37,129 nt of DNA from a virus (taxonomy: Duplodnaviria > Caudoviricetes), in the IMG/VR virus record IMGVR_UViG_3300021365_000046, positions 1-37,129 of that record, one strand, 5' to 3'. The notes under the pieces are model-generated. The model made no database searches and was not told the DNA's origin. It saw only the letters and a list, made by a program, of their open reading frames with translations. A program made the position numbers and the translations under genes. Shown in pieces: positions 18,666 to 28,231 of the stretch (positions are counted from its first letter, which is position 1; the number at the start of each line of letters is the position of its first letter).

Positions 18666-19198
18666 TAGAATCTTTCTTTATAAGGTGAAATATTAACTTT
18701 ATCTGCTGGGATATAATAAGTAGAGACTAATATTGAAACACTTTCTCCAAATTTTTCTAATCCTGGGTTTAGTGGGTTAGGTGTTCCATCGTAATCATTA
18801 TTTGGGTATGATGGATTTTTTCCACCCCAATATTGGTTAGCAATAGTACTTTGTACTCCATAATAACCTTCTTGATATAAGATTATATCACCTACTTCAG
18901 GTACAATATTACCTTTAATTAAATCATCTCTAAGGAAATAAAAATTAATACTTTGTACAACATCAATAAGTTCAAAATCCCCTCCAGGAAAGGCTTCATC
19001 ATCTCTATCTATTAATACATTGAATAAGAATGGACCATTATAATATTTTTCTTCTGCTGCTTCACCATATAAATTTACTTTGGTTTCTTCTAATTTAAAT
19101 TGGTATATAGCACACTGTTGAGTAATTATATTACCCATTAGTTCTCTATTGAGATGTCTTAATAAAGAAACATCTCTTTGTGAAGTAAACATTGCCAT
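18665..19198 (-). CDS. Neck protein (gp14-like)
   Basis: NLYGE and PEVGDII motifs; synteny gp13-gp14-gp15. Confidence 0.7.
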   Translation of the reverse strand: MAMFTSQRDVSLLRHLNRELMGNIITQQCAIYQFKLEETKVNLYGEAAEEKYYNGPFLFNVLIDRDDEAFPGGDFELIDVVQSINFYFLRDDLIKGNIVPEVGDIILYQEGYYGVQSTIANQYWGGKNPSYPNNDYDGTPNPLNPGLEKFGESVSILVSTYYIPADKVNISPYKERF

Positions 19199-19199
19199 A

Positions 19200-20381
19200 T
19201 TATGCTATATATATTGTGTATGGTACTTTTTGTAATTCTTGCATTTTTGATTCTCCTTCTTGTGCTCTCCTTTCTAAAGCAGCCATTCTAGAAGTTTCAT
19301 CAAAATATGTTCTTAATCTTTCTATTAATGCTGTTTTTTCTGCTGTTGCTGCTGCTATTAAATCCGATTGATTCAATGTAACATCTGCATTAGGGATTGG
19401 AATTGTACCATATTTACCTCTTACATACCCTAATACTTCTTTACATAAAGCTAATGTGTATTCAAATATCCATTGTCTACCAACTGAATTGATAAAATTA
19501 TAATCAGGGTTATCAAATGGAGCATTTGAAACATTAGTTACTTTATCTGACATTTGTTGAACAGATGTAGCTATTCTTTCATCTCTTAAAATATATTCAA
19601 ACCATACTCGGCATGGTTGATTTTCATCAGTTACTCCTGAAAAATTAGGTATGGGGAAAATTCTTAATTGATCATTTTTAATTTCAAAGCTATATTGATT
19701 CCATCTAACTTGTTGGTTCATCTCAATAGCTTGAATTACTTGCATATCATAACTTAGGGGCATCATTAAATATCCTGTTCCACCCCCGAATCCACCTAAT
19801 CCAGTTATACCGGCTGCAATTGATCCTCCAAAACCAAAACCTGTATAAGGATCAAGATATTGAGCAGATGCTGGAACTGCTTGTTCATAAAATACTCTTT
19901 TTACTTCTATACCATTTTGATATTCTGAACCAGTAAAACCACTAGCTGTCATAAAGGTTGAAAAAGAATAATCTTGTACACTAGAGGTTAAGGCAAATGA
20001 ACCTGAATAATATGGGACATTACCTCCTGAACCTGCTTCTTCACCATACATTTCTGTTAATCTAACTATAGGTTCAAATGTAGGAGATAATAAAGCTTGA
20101 TTTAATGAAGAACCAGTGGTTAAACCTTCTAATGATAATTGGTTATCTCTAATTTTGTATGCATATAATTCATTACCATATGTAGTAATTGCTTCTTCAA
20201 ATGCTGTAAACATGGAACCTGATTGTAGTTCAACATCGACTATAGGATACCCTAGTCTTGAAGCAACAAATTTTGCTACTTTAACTGAGTCGGCCCTAAA
20301 ATCTTCCTGGTTATTATAAAATCCAAAAGGTACTGATTTTGGGTCCCAAATTGGACAACCATCATATATAGGAATGTTCAT
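19200..20381 (-). CDS. Neck / head-tail adaptor protein (gp13-like)
   Basis: RLGYPIVDVEL and WI.EYTLALCKEVLG..RGKY..IP motifs. Confidence 0.8.
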   Translation of the reverse strand: MNIPIYDGCPIWDPKSVPFGFYNNQEDFRADSVKVAKFVASRLGYPIVDVELQSGSMFTAFEEAITTYGNELYAYKIRDNQLSLEGLTTGSSLNQALLSPTFEPIVRLTEMYGEEAGSGGNVPYYSGSFALTSSVQDYSFSTFMTASGFTGSEYQNGIEVKRVFYEQAVPASAQYLDPYTGFGFGGSIAAGITGLGGFGGGTGYLMMPLSYDMQVIQAIEMNQQVRWNQYSFEIKNDQLRIFPIPNFSGVTDENQPCRVWFEYILRDERIATSVQQMSDKVTNVSNAPFDNPDYNFINSVGRQWIFEYTLALCKEVLGYVRGKYGTIPIPNADVTLNQSDLIAAATAEKTALIERLRTYFDETSRMAALERRAQEGESKMQELQKVPYTIYIA

Positions 20382-20410
20382 ATGCTTATATTTTATTTAT
20401 AAATATTAAA

Positions 20411-21175
20411 TTATTTAGTACCATTATAAATATATGAACCAGAAGTAGTAATACTTACACCTCTGTCAATGGCTTCTTTATAATATTCTAGTAAATCTTC
20501 TACAATTTCGTTTCTATGATTGGTATTTAAAGTAATGGCCTCTAAATTTTTAATTCTTCTAGCAGCTGAGTATAGAAATTTAAAACCAGAATCTGATTTC
20601 TTTTTTAAATCTGTTTGGTGGGCATCACCACATATCATCATTTTACTTCTTAAACCAATACGTGAAGTAATCATCTCCATTTGTTCATGGGTTACATTTT
20701 GGGCCTCATCTACTATTATCATTGAATCTAAAAATGTTCTACCTCTCATAAATGATACTGGTACTATTTCTATTTTACCATCTTCAATAAGTTTTTCTAT
20801 TTTAACTTTATCATATAATTGAAAGAAATTTTGGTAAATAGGTTGCACCCATGGATCCATTTTTTCTCTTAAATCACCAGGTAAAAAACCTATTTCTTCT
20901 TTCGATACAGTAGGTCTGGTGATTATGATTTTATCATATTGCCTTCGTAATAGACCGTCTAATGCAACATTACATGCAAGTAATGTTTTTCCACTACCTG
21001 CTCCCCCTCCAAGGAGGGTAATTGTATTTTCCAGGATATGTTTTTTAGCGTCTTTTTGTTCTTCATTAAGTTGGAGTTTGAACTTAATTGGGTTTTTAGG
21101 AATTCTCTTAGGACGATAAACATCGTCCGTATGGGGTTTACTTGCCATAGAGTCTTTAAATTTGGGATTATACAT
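20411..21175 (-). CDS. phoH: PhoH-family ATPase (start possibly at 21148, MASKPH)
   Basis: GAGSGKT, IIITRP, IGFLPGDLREKMDPW, FMRGRTF, DEAQN and GD..QTDL motifs. Confidence 0.93.
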   Translation of the reverse strand: MYNPKFKDSMASKPHTDDVYRPKRIPKNPIKFKLQLNEEQKDAKKHILENTITLLGGGAGSGKTLLACNVALDGLLRRQYDKIIITRPTVSKEEIGFLPGDLREKMDPWVQPIYQNFFQLYDKVKIEKLIEDGKIEIVPVSFMRGRTFLDSMIIVDEAQNVTHEQMEMITSRIGLRSKMMICGDAHQTDLKKKSDSGFKFLYSAARRIKNLEAITLNTNHRNEIVEDLLEYYKEAIDRGVSITTSGSYIYNGTK

Positions 21176-21290
21176 AGAGTGAATGCAACTAGTGTAAATA
21201 CGTTAAAAAACCGTAGAATTTTAATATAGCTATATAATGAGATAAATATAGTTTCGATGTAACGCATTTTATTATAAATATGAAAAAGAT

Positions 21291-21315
21291 AAAAAAACCC
21301 GGCATAAGCCGGGTT
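21291..21315 (-). terminator. Rho-independent terminator after the major capsid gene
   Basis: Minus strand AACCCGGC TTAT GCCGGGTT followed by a T run. Confidence 0.85.
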
Positions 21316-21345
21316 AATTTATTGAAATTTAATTTAAATCTCTAA

Positions 21346-23037
21346 TTATAGAGTATTTAAACCGTTGATTTCGATTGTACCATAGAATTCTGGACGTACC
21401 ATTTTCTTAGCATAACGAGTTAATAATCCTTTACGTGGTGTGAAGGTATTTGGATCGTATACTAGTGGAGTCATAATTAATGGAATATATGGAGCAAATA
21501 CTGCACCAGTTTCTAAGAACTGAGATCCTCTAAATCCTAATAGGACTTTGTTAGATGTCATGTATGGGTTCTTGTAAACTTTATATCTTCCGTTTAATTG
21601 TCCTACTTTCTGTACACCAAAAGCGTAAGTTGCTTTAGCAGCATCCCCATCAGTATCAGCAGCAAATCCTGGAATAGATTCTAGGATAGTACCTACAGAA
21701 GGAGAACATACTAGGAAGTTTGCTCCACCTCTTAAAGTCTTCTGGTGAATGATGTTACTTAGTTTTTGGATTTTAGTTCCTAATGTTTGGAACCACTGTC
21801 CTTGTGAATTGTAGAATCCAAGATCTGAGATAGTACCGTTAGCACCGTCATCTACGATAGATCTGTTATTAACTGCAGACCATACTTCGTTTCCTGCTGC
21901 TGCATTTTCTAACAACATTCCTAAGATTTCTAAGTCAATTTCTAATGAAATGTACTCACTTAAGATTGAAGTTAATTCTGCTTCAGCATCTAGTGCGTGA
22001 TATGCATTTAAATCTTGTGCAAATTCTGGCGTCCATACTGCTTTTAACTTTCTAGTTTTAGCAACGATTGCAGATGATTTCATCTGTACGTTGATTTCTG
22101 GGATGTTAATAGCTGGAGAATTTAAACCATTTGGTTCTGGGTTATTATCTTCAAAATCACCTCTGTACTGGTCAGTTGGTTGTAGTTGGTAAACAACAGA
22201 AACGTTATCACCTGCTGCGAATGCAACTGGTCCTGCACCTACTAAATCAGCTTTAGGTACTACGAAAGTAATATTTGCTCCCCCGTCGTATCTAGTGAAT
22301 GCTGATACTTGTACTCCAGCTGAAGCTGAAATAGCATCATATCCTTGTGATCCTGAGAATAATTGGAATGCAGCAACACCTTCTTTATCTACGAAATCTA
22401 AAGAAGCAGTTGGTACTAATACTTTCCAGTAATCTCCGTCTACAGAAGATTGAGAATAAGCTGAATCATAATCAAAATCTGACCATGCAGCTGCTGCTAA
22501 TGGAGCAGAAGCATCAGCAGCGATTGAAGCTGTATTGTTAATTGAATATCCAAATCTTCCTTCTCCGTATAATCCACCTGCATTTGTGTTACCAAATGGA
22601 GCTGAATCTGCAGTTCCGTTTCCGTATAAAGAATCTCCTGCTGAGAATGGTGATTTGTCACTTCCATATTGGAAGTCTAGGAAAAATACTAGACCTGAAG
22701 GTAAGTTCATTGGTTGTACACTAACGAATTCTTTCGCTGCAATTTGACCAAATACTTTTCTTACCAATGGTAAAGCAACTCCTGCCCACTGTCCACCTAC
22801 GTTTACAGCAGTTTGTGATTGGAATGTTCCTGATGATGCAGCACCTCCACCTGTTTGTGAAGATTCTACTACAAGTTGTTTAGCTTGGTTTTCAAGGATC
22901 ATACCCATATTACTTTTGTGGGCACCACCTAAACCTTCTAATAAACCTGTTTTTTCCCATTTGCTAGCTAATCTAGCTGCATCAGACTGCATAGACTGAT
23001 ATGGGTTTGCGCTTTCTAATAATGAATTTAAGCTCAT
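21346..23037 (-). CDS. Major capsid protein (gp23-like)
   Basis: ILENQ, VSVQPMNLPSGLVFFL, AKTRKLKA.WT.E.AQDL.AYH.LDAEAEL, FAPYIPL and FTPRKGLLTRY motifs. Confidence 0.95.
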   Translation of the reverse strand: MSLNSLLESANPYQSMQSDAARLASKWEKTGLLEGLGGAHKSNMGMILENQAKQLVVESSQTGGGAASSGTFQSQTAVNVGGQWAGVALPLVRKVFGQIAAKEFVSVQPMNLPSGLVFFLDFQYGSDKSPFSAGDSLYGNGTADSAPFGNTNAGGLYGEGRFGYSINNTASIAADASAPLAAAAWSDFDYDSAYSQSSVDGDYWKVLVPTASLDFVDKEGVAAFQLFSGSQGYDAISASAGVQVSAFTRYDGGANITFVVPKADLVGAGPVAFAAGDNVSVVYQLQPTDQYRGDFEDNNPEPNGLNSPAINIPEINVQMKSSAIVAKTRKLKAVWTPEFAQDLNAYHALDAEAELTSILSEYISLEIDLEILGMLLENAAAGNEVWSAVNNRSIVDDGANGTISDLGFYNSQGQWFQTLGTKIQKLSNIIHQKTLRGGANFLVCSPSVGTILESIPGFAADTDGDAAKATYAFGVQKVGQLNGRYKVYKNPYMTSNKVLLGFRGSQFLETGAVFAPYIPLIMTPLVYDPNTFTPRKGLLTRYAKKMVRPEFYGTIEINGLNTL

Positions 23038-23072
23038 GTTTTTTAATTTTAGTTTTATTAATTTTTAGTTTT

Positions 23073-24296
23073 TTAAATTAGACCTGCAAGCTTACGCATA
23101 CGGTCAAAAACCTCATTTGATTCAATGATAGGTTGTTTAGTTGCTTTAGGTTCTAAACCTGTTGCTTTTGAAGACGAACCTCTTTTAATTGATTCATTAA
23201 TTGATGGTTTAGATACTTTATCTACTAGACCTTCTGTTAATGTTTCAAAAATAGTTTTAGCTTGTCTAACATCTACTGCTTTATCAAATGCTTTTAATAC
23301 TTTAACTTTTTTATCTTCAGTTAAGTTTTTTGCTTTAAAGATTTTGTTAGTGTAAAGTAACTTAGCATTAAGTAGGTTGACTTCGTTTAGTTCAGTTTTT
23401 AGCTCATTTACTGATGCTAATGCTGCTTCTAATTCCTTAACCATTTGTGAATCGCCTTTACCAGTTCGTGACATATCTAATGTCATTTGTGATGCTTTCG
23501 ATCTTTTTGAATAAGGTTCTCTGTCGTCGCCTTCCTCTTTTTCTTTCTTAGACTCTTCGTCTAATTCTACTTTTGCTTCTTCTACTTCTTTACTGTTTTT
23601 CTTTGAAGCTTTCATGTCTTCGTCGATTTCTACGTCTACGCTTACTTCGTCTTCAACATCAATGTCTTCAACGTCCTCTACTTCAACTTCGTCTTCTACG
23701 AATTCGTCGCCTGGTTCAATTTCACCATCAGCAACCATATCTTTAATAACATCTTCGATGAATCCTTTTAAGTCATCTTCTGACATATCTTCAAGGTCAA
23801 TTTCCTCGTCGTCTTTGTCTTCCATGTCTTCTTTCTCGTCCTTCATGCCATCTTCGTAGCCTTCTTCTTCAGCATCAGTACGTTCGTCCTCTTTCAAGTC
23901 CGCTTTTTCGTCTCTCATACCATCCAAGTAGCCTTCTTCTTCAGCATCTGTACGTTTGTCTTCATCTAATTCTAATTCTGCTAATAATTCATCAAGATTA
24001 ATTTCTTCCTCTTCCTGTACAGTAGATTGTCCTACTTTTTTAGGTGCAAGATCCTTTAAAGAATCGCCTGCGGGTGAATTTTTTCTCTCAAAACTAGGAG
24101 CATCCATTTCTTCAACTGGGTCTGTTTCTTCATTTACATCTTCATCAATATCCATTTCTTCTAACTTTGCAGAAAGCATAGATTTTAGATGGGGTGTAAA
24201 AGCTTCTTCTAGAGCCAATTTGGCGTTTGCGATAGCTGTTTCTTTAACAGATTTAGCCTCGGCAATAGCCTCTTTTAACAAATCTCTGTTTGCCAT
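23073..24296 (-). CDS. Prohead scaffold/core protein (gp22-like)
   Basis: Highly acidic coiled-coil protein between protease and capsid genes; C-terminal RMRKLAGL. Confidence 0.75.
   Translation of the reverse strand: MANRDLLKEAIAEAKSVKETAIANAKLALEEAFTPHLKSMLSAKLEEMDIDEDVNEETDPVEEMDAPSFERKNSPAGDSLKDLAPKKVGQSTVQEEEEINLDELLAELELDEDKRTDAEEEGYLDGMRDEKADLKEDERTDAEEEGYEDGMKDEKEDMEDKDDEEIDLEDMSEDDLKGFIEDVIKDMVADGEIEPGDEFVEDEVEVEDVEDIDVEDEVSVDVEIDEDMKASKKNSKEVEEAKVELDEESKKEKEEGDDREPYSKRSKASQMTLDMSRTGKGDSQMVKELEAALASVNELKTELNEVNLLNAKLLYTNKIFKAKNLTEDKKVKVLKAFDKAVDVRQAKTIFETLTEGLVDKVSKPSINESIKRGSSSKATGLEPKATKQPIIESNEVFDRMRKLAGLI
23818..23963 (-). repeat. Two-copy 72-nt (24-aa) tandem repeat in the scaffold gene
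   Basis: DKRTDAEEEGYLDGMRDEKADLKE followed by DERTDAEEEGYEDGMKDEKEDMED; gtagccttcttcttcagcatc recurs at 23856 and 23928. Confidence 0.8.
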
Positions 24297-24419
24297 AATC
24301 CCAAAATTTAAGTTTGTGAAATACGCTTATTCATGAAGCGTAATAGAAAATATTTATTGTTCGACACCATATAAGAGATGGTGTATTATGCTTATACGTA
24401 TATGTAGATTAGTTCAAAA

Positions 24420-25028
24420 TTAAAAAACAGGACAAGAGCCTTTAGAACAAAGAATCTCATGTATAATACTGTTTATTTTTGTATAATTAGAAGGTGTTAT
24501 CCATTCTTTACCTTCTTTTAAGGTATGCATAAATGAATTTGGATTTGAAGGGGTAGAAACAAAGTCCCAACATAATAGTTCAAAATCATCTTGTACTTCC
24601 ATTACACCACCTCTATCTTCTAATGAACCCATACCACGGGATGATACACCTACTGTAACACCACTTTTTACTAATTCTTTTAGTATTTGTCCTGAAGGTG
24701 TTGGTAATATTTCTATTTTACCCATTACTTCATCTCCGTCCCACCAGTATTCTTTTATAATATGGGATACATTTTTTAAATTTATAACAGTTGCTTCAGG
24801 GTGGTCTAATTCACCCATTGAACGTCTTTCTTTGATAAGTGTAGAATATTTATCCATTTCACGTTCCCATAAGTCTTTAGAGTAATACCTACCATTACCA
24901 TTTTTTACTTCAGCAGTAGCTAAGATACCTTCAACTACTAAATTACCATTATCATTATTAACATTTTCTGTTAATGTGATAGGATTATAGTTTAAGGTAT
25001 GAGTTTCTATTAAGAGCTTTTTATTCAT
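24420..25028 (-). CDS. Prohead protease (gp21-like)
   Basis: KNGNGR.Y, GELDHP, VSH, TPSG, GVSSRGMGS and DFVSTPS motifs. Confidence 0.93.
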   Translation of the reverse strand: MNKKLLIETHTLNYNPITLTENVNNDNGNLVVEGILATAEVKNGNGRYYSKDLWEREMDKYSTLIKERRSMGELDHPEATVINLKNVSHIIKEYWWDGDEVMGKIEILPTPSGQILKELVKSGVTVGVSSRGMGSLEDRGGVMEVQDDFELLCWDFVSTPSNPNSFMHTLKEGKEWITPSNYTKINSIIHEILCSKGSCPVF

Positions 25029-25029
25029 A

Positions 25030-26322
25030 TTATACTTCTTCAGTAGTTTCTACCTCATCTACCATTCCTTTTTTAGCATATTTTTTACCACAAGATTTTT
25101 CATAGATTCTTTCCATTTTAGCTTTCTTTCTTACTAAATCTTTAATTTCTCTTTGCATTTGCTTCATTTTAGTTTTATCAATTAATTCTTTAAGATTATC
25201 ATCTTCATTAATTGAACTAACTCTATCTACTTTTTCCTGAATATATTCATGTAGGTAGTCTAATTGTGCTTCTAACTTTACAGCTTCTGCTTCTTTTCCA
25301 ATTTCAGCTAATTTATTATCAATTGATTCTTTTTTAGGTTTTCTAGCTTTTTTGTCTTTACCTGCTTTTTTCATAGATTCTTCTTTATCCCCGTCACCAT
25401 CAATATCCATAAAATCTGGTTTTGGAGCCTCATCCATTGGTAATTTTTTTTCTTCTTTTTCTTCAGCATACAATGATGAATGATATTGAGAACCTGCTTG
25501 GTCAGCTTGGAATTCATCTTCAGACATCATTTGTCTAATCATATTTCCTGATTGAGCTGCTAATGAATTTGGGTTTCCTGATGTTACTACACCACCTAAT
25601 CCTTCTTTTATTAATTTTTTAAATAATTCTTCTTTAATAGGTTTCATTTTTGTATCTGATTTTTTAAGTTTATCGCTATAACCGCTTCCACCATATGTTT
25701 TACCTGTATTTTCTTGTACTTCTGGTTCTGTGTATCCTATACCTACTCCAAATTGACCTTCTTTTACATAATGTAATTCGTCTTTAGCTAAGTTTTTAAT
25801 TACTTTTTCTTGTGCTTCTTCTAATGATAAACTAGGATCATTTTTACACTCATAATAAACACCATTCATCATTTCTTGAGCATTAACATTATTAATGTTA
25901 TCTACTTTAGGAGAATAATCGTAATTACGTTTTTCAACATTTTCTACTGTACCATCAACTTTTTTAGCATCTGCTTTGATTTTTTCATCTTGTTCCTTAG
26001 TATTAACTTTTTCTTCATCGTCAATAATAGGTTTTAATGATTTTGCTTTTTCTTCGGCTAAATAGTCTTCAAATTTATTTTCCCAAGCCTGTTTGTTTGG
26101 GTTAAAATCTTCTGATGTTAGTTGTGTTATAGGTTGTAATGAAACTACACCACCTAATTCTTCATTAATTACACTTTTATTTTTTAAGATAGTTTCAGCA
26201 TCTTGAAAAGAAGTTAAATTGCTAATTAAATTAGGATATTTTTGTTTAGCCTCTTTAAGAAATAAATCTTTACGGCCTTCACCTTTTAATATTTTAGTAT
26301 ATTGTTCTTGTAGTGTTTTCAT
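25030..26322 (-). CDS. Putative head core/internal protein
   Basis: Charged protein between portal and protease; many L/I-x-E sites; contains KPDFMDIDGDGDKEES. Confidence 0.55.
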   Translation of the reverse strand: MKTLQEQYTKILKGEGRKDLFLKEAKQKYPNLISNLTSFQDAETILKNKSVINEELGGVVSLQPITQLTSEDFNPNKQAWENKFEDYLAEEKAKSLKPIIDDEEKVNTKEQDEKIKADAKKVDGTVENVEKRNYDYSPKVDNINNVNAQEMMNGVYYECKNDPSLSLEEAQEKVIKNLAKDELHYVKEGQFGVGIGYTEPEVQENTGKTYGGSGYSDKLKKSDTKMKPIKEELFKKLIKEGLGGVVTSGNPNSLAAQSGNMIRQMMSEDEFQADQAGSQYHSSLYAEEKEEKKLPMDEAPKPDFMDIDGDGDKEESMKKAGKDKKARKPKKESIDNKLAEIGKEAEAVKLEAQLDYLHEYIQEKVDRVSSINEDDNLKELIDKTKMKQMQREIKDLVRKKAKMERIYEKSCGKKYAKKGMVDEVETTEEV

Positions 26323-26323
26323 A

Positions 26324-26560
26324 TTATTTTTCTAGTAATGTTTCTATATCTTTTAAAAACTCACCAATTAAATCAGTGGGTTTTACTACTGCAAATGTAT
26401 CAGGTTGTTCCCTATATGTTTTTATAGTTTCAATTTTTGCCTGGCGTAATAATTTTTTTATGTTATCTATTCTATCTTCTAACCCACTAAAAGCGTTAAT
26501 ACGCTCTTCTTGGAATTTAGTTGCTTTATTATCTTGTTCAGTTAATTTATAATTATACAT
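26324..26560 (-). CDS. Hypothetical head-region protein
   Basis: 78 aa, tightly coupled to its neighbours; N-terminus MYNYKLTE. Confidence 0.55.
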   Translation of the reverse strand: MYNYKLTEQDNKATKFQEERINAFSGLEDRIDNIKKLLRQAKIETIKTYREQPDTFAVVKPTDLIGEFLKDIETLLEK

Positions 26561-26561
26561 A

Positions 26562-27359
26562 TTAAAATAATTTATTTACTTCAAGTCCTGAACCTTTTTG
26601 TACATAAGTACCATCTTTATTTTTAGGAACTAATTTGTATTTAAATTGTTTTACATAAGCATTATCTTTAACTCCATCTTCTCCAGCAGCTGGGCCTGGT
26701 CCTAATGTTGCTCCTACCCCTTCTTTAACTTTTTTATATCCTAATTCTTTATATGCTTTAATATTGGGTTTTTGACCTTTTAATCTAAAAGCATATGGGG
26801 TTAAATAAGCACCCGCCCCACCTGATGTAGATATTTCATCTACACCTCTAGCTTTTTCTAAAAAACTAATAGCTTGTTTAATATTTGAGTTATTGAATAA
26901 ACCTTCTTGTTCTTTATTTTTAATTTGGTTAATAACATCCAGTATATAATCTGCAAGGCCCGAAGAATTATTAATTTGATTATTAGCTTTAGCCAAATTT
27001 GCCTGAGTAATTGGTGCTTTAATATCTATTTCTTCATCTATATCCCCTTCATTAACTCTTTTATATGATTTAGGGTATTTTTTTCTAATATGAGTTCTAT
27101 ATTGGTTAAATACCTTACTAATTTGGTCAGCTAAATCATCAATTACAGTATCTTCCGTATCACGAGCTAATTGGGTTATAAATCTTCTTAATTCTTTAAA
27201 CTCTTTAAAAGTAGAATCAATAGCTGGTACATTTTTAACATCCCAAGTTACAGAACCGGTTTCTGGGTCTAGATCTGTAATTGTTGTTTTAATACCACCT
27301 CTTGTTTTAGTATCTCCTACATTAAAAGGTTCTTCTTTAAGCTTATATTTAAATGCCAT
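26562..27359 (-). CDS. Hypothetical head-region protein
   Basis: 265 aa; MAFKYKLKE N-terminus; EISTSGGAGAYLTPYAF motif. Confidence 0.55.
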   Translation of the reverse strand: MAFKYKLKEEPFNVGDTKTRGGIKTTITDLDPETGSVTWDVKNVPAIDSTFKEFKELRRFITQLARDTEDTVIDDLADQISKVFNQYRTHIRKKYPKSYKRVNEGDIDEEIDIKAPITQANLAKANNQINNSSGLADYILDVINQIKNKEQEGLFNNSNIKQAISFLEKARGVDEISTSGGAGAYLTPYAFRLKGQKPNIKAYKELGYKKVKEGVGATLGPGPAAGEDGVKDNAYVKQFKYKLVPKNKDGTYVQKGSGLEVNKLF

Positions 27360-28206
27360 TTGCTACTTGGATTTCTTTAACTAATTCATAATATTGTAAT
27401 AAATCAACTAGATTATCATCACCTACTTTTGAAGTTTTATCTAATTCTATTAACATTTTAGATATTTCTACAATTTTAATTTTTGTAGCTTTATCTTTAA
27501 CATTTTTAGAACCTTCTAATAGTTTATTTTTTAATTCTGATATTTTAGTGTTATAGAATTTTCTTAATCCTGGGGTAGAATCTACAGAATTAATATATTC
27601 TTTAAGTACTTGCTTTTGGTCTGAACTTAATGAATCATATTTTTCATTGAATTTTTCTAATAAAATCCTATAAGTTAAAGATCTTACATCTTTATCATAA
27701 GTAGAAAATTCTTGTAATACTGTTTCTTTACTTTCTAGTAAATTTGATTCTTTTTTAGTTAAATGTTCTAATAAATTAATTTTATTATTTATTAACTGTT
27801 TATTATCGGGGGAAGTAGTATTATTACTTTCCATTAAAGTATATATCGATGCTAAAACTTTATAATTACTAAGTTTAGATCCAAAAAAAGTAGCTAAATC
27901 GTAATTTTGCTTAATTTCATTAATTAAGTTATACTTTTGCTTTTTTAGTATAGATCTATTTAAATGTTTAGAATTAGATATAGTTGTTTCAATATAAACA
28001 TTAGCATGAGATTCACTTAAAACTTTTGATTTTAAAATGGATTCATATAATCTATATTCACGACTTAATTCGCTCTTTACAAAATACTTTTTTAGTATGT
28101 CTATTGCTGGGGAGTCACCTCCTTTTAAAGTGTCAGCAGTAATTTGTCTTACTAATAATTCAAAAAGAATACCAGTATTTTTATATTTTGAATGTTTAAT
28201 TTTCAT
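27349..28206 (-). CDS. Hypothetical head-region protein
   Basis: 285-aa helical protein immediately after the portal gene; KHSKYKNTGILFELL N-terminus. Confidence 0.6.
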   Translation of the reverse strand: MKIKHSKYKNTGILFELLVRQITADTLKGGDSPAIDILKKYFVKSELSREYRLYESILKSKVLSESHANVYIETTISNSKHLNRSILKKQKYNLINEIKQNYDLATFFGSKLSNYKVLASIYTLMESNNTTSPDNKQLINNKINLLEHLTKKESNLLESKETVLQEFSTYDKDVRSLTYRILLEKFNEKYDSLSSDQKQVLKEYINSVDSTPGLRKFYNTKISELKNKLLEGSKNVKDKATKIKIVEISKMLIELDKTSKVGDDNLVDLLQYYELVKEIQVANGI

Positions 28207-28231
28207 TAAAAAATATATTTATTTATAAATA

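Noticed and set aside
20959-21267. 102-aa minus-strand ORF overlapping the phoH start
   Set aside because: Out of frame with phoH, starts only a few nt after the promoter motif, and has no recognisable features; the region is better explained as a leader, though a uORF is not excluded.
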